The notes under the pieces were generated by a model, which saw nothing but the letters and a program-made list of their open reading frames with translations, made no database searches and was not told where the DNA came from. Positions 8,391 through 8,395 of a stretch of DNA of 8,395 nucleotides are shown one piece after another. Source of the DNA: a virus (Monodnaviria > Loebvirae > Hofneiviricota > Faserviricetes > Tubulavirales > Inoviridae); the IMG/VR virus record IMGVR_UViG_2537562014_000001; one strand, given 5' to 3'. The position numbers were made by a program, and so were the translations under genes. Each line of letters opens with the position of its first letter. The stretch's first letter is position 1.

Positions 8391-8395
8391 GTACG

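Overview
The window holds the 3' end of an IS21-family insertion sequence (IS100-like istB 3' end and right terminal repeat, nt 1 to ~531, + strand) abutting an almost complete Ff-like filamentous (inovirus) prophage. The phage genes lie on the minus strand in canonical order: rep(gII), gV-position protein, gVII-like, gIX-like, gVIII major coat, gIII, gVI, gI (Zot-like), and a secretin gIV cut off after ~94 codons at the IS boundary. Right of rep is a divergently transcribed, visibly AT-rich two-gene module: a small ribbon-helix-helix-like regulator and a signal-peptide-bearing homolog of TolA C-terminal domain III. Beyond that lie a dif-like inverted pair around a strong hairpin (XerCD-type attP forked hairpin) and two ~120-bp direct repeats at the right edge. 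Most interesting are (1) the secreted TolA-domain-III mimic as candidate superinfection-exclusion or colicin-tolerance cargo, (2) signs of a defective or domesticated prophage (IS-truncated secretin, non-canonical Walker A in pI), and (3) two small coat genes below the ORF-track length cutoff. All homology statements come from reading the translations against recalled family sequences; no database search was run.
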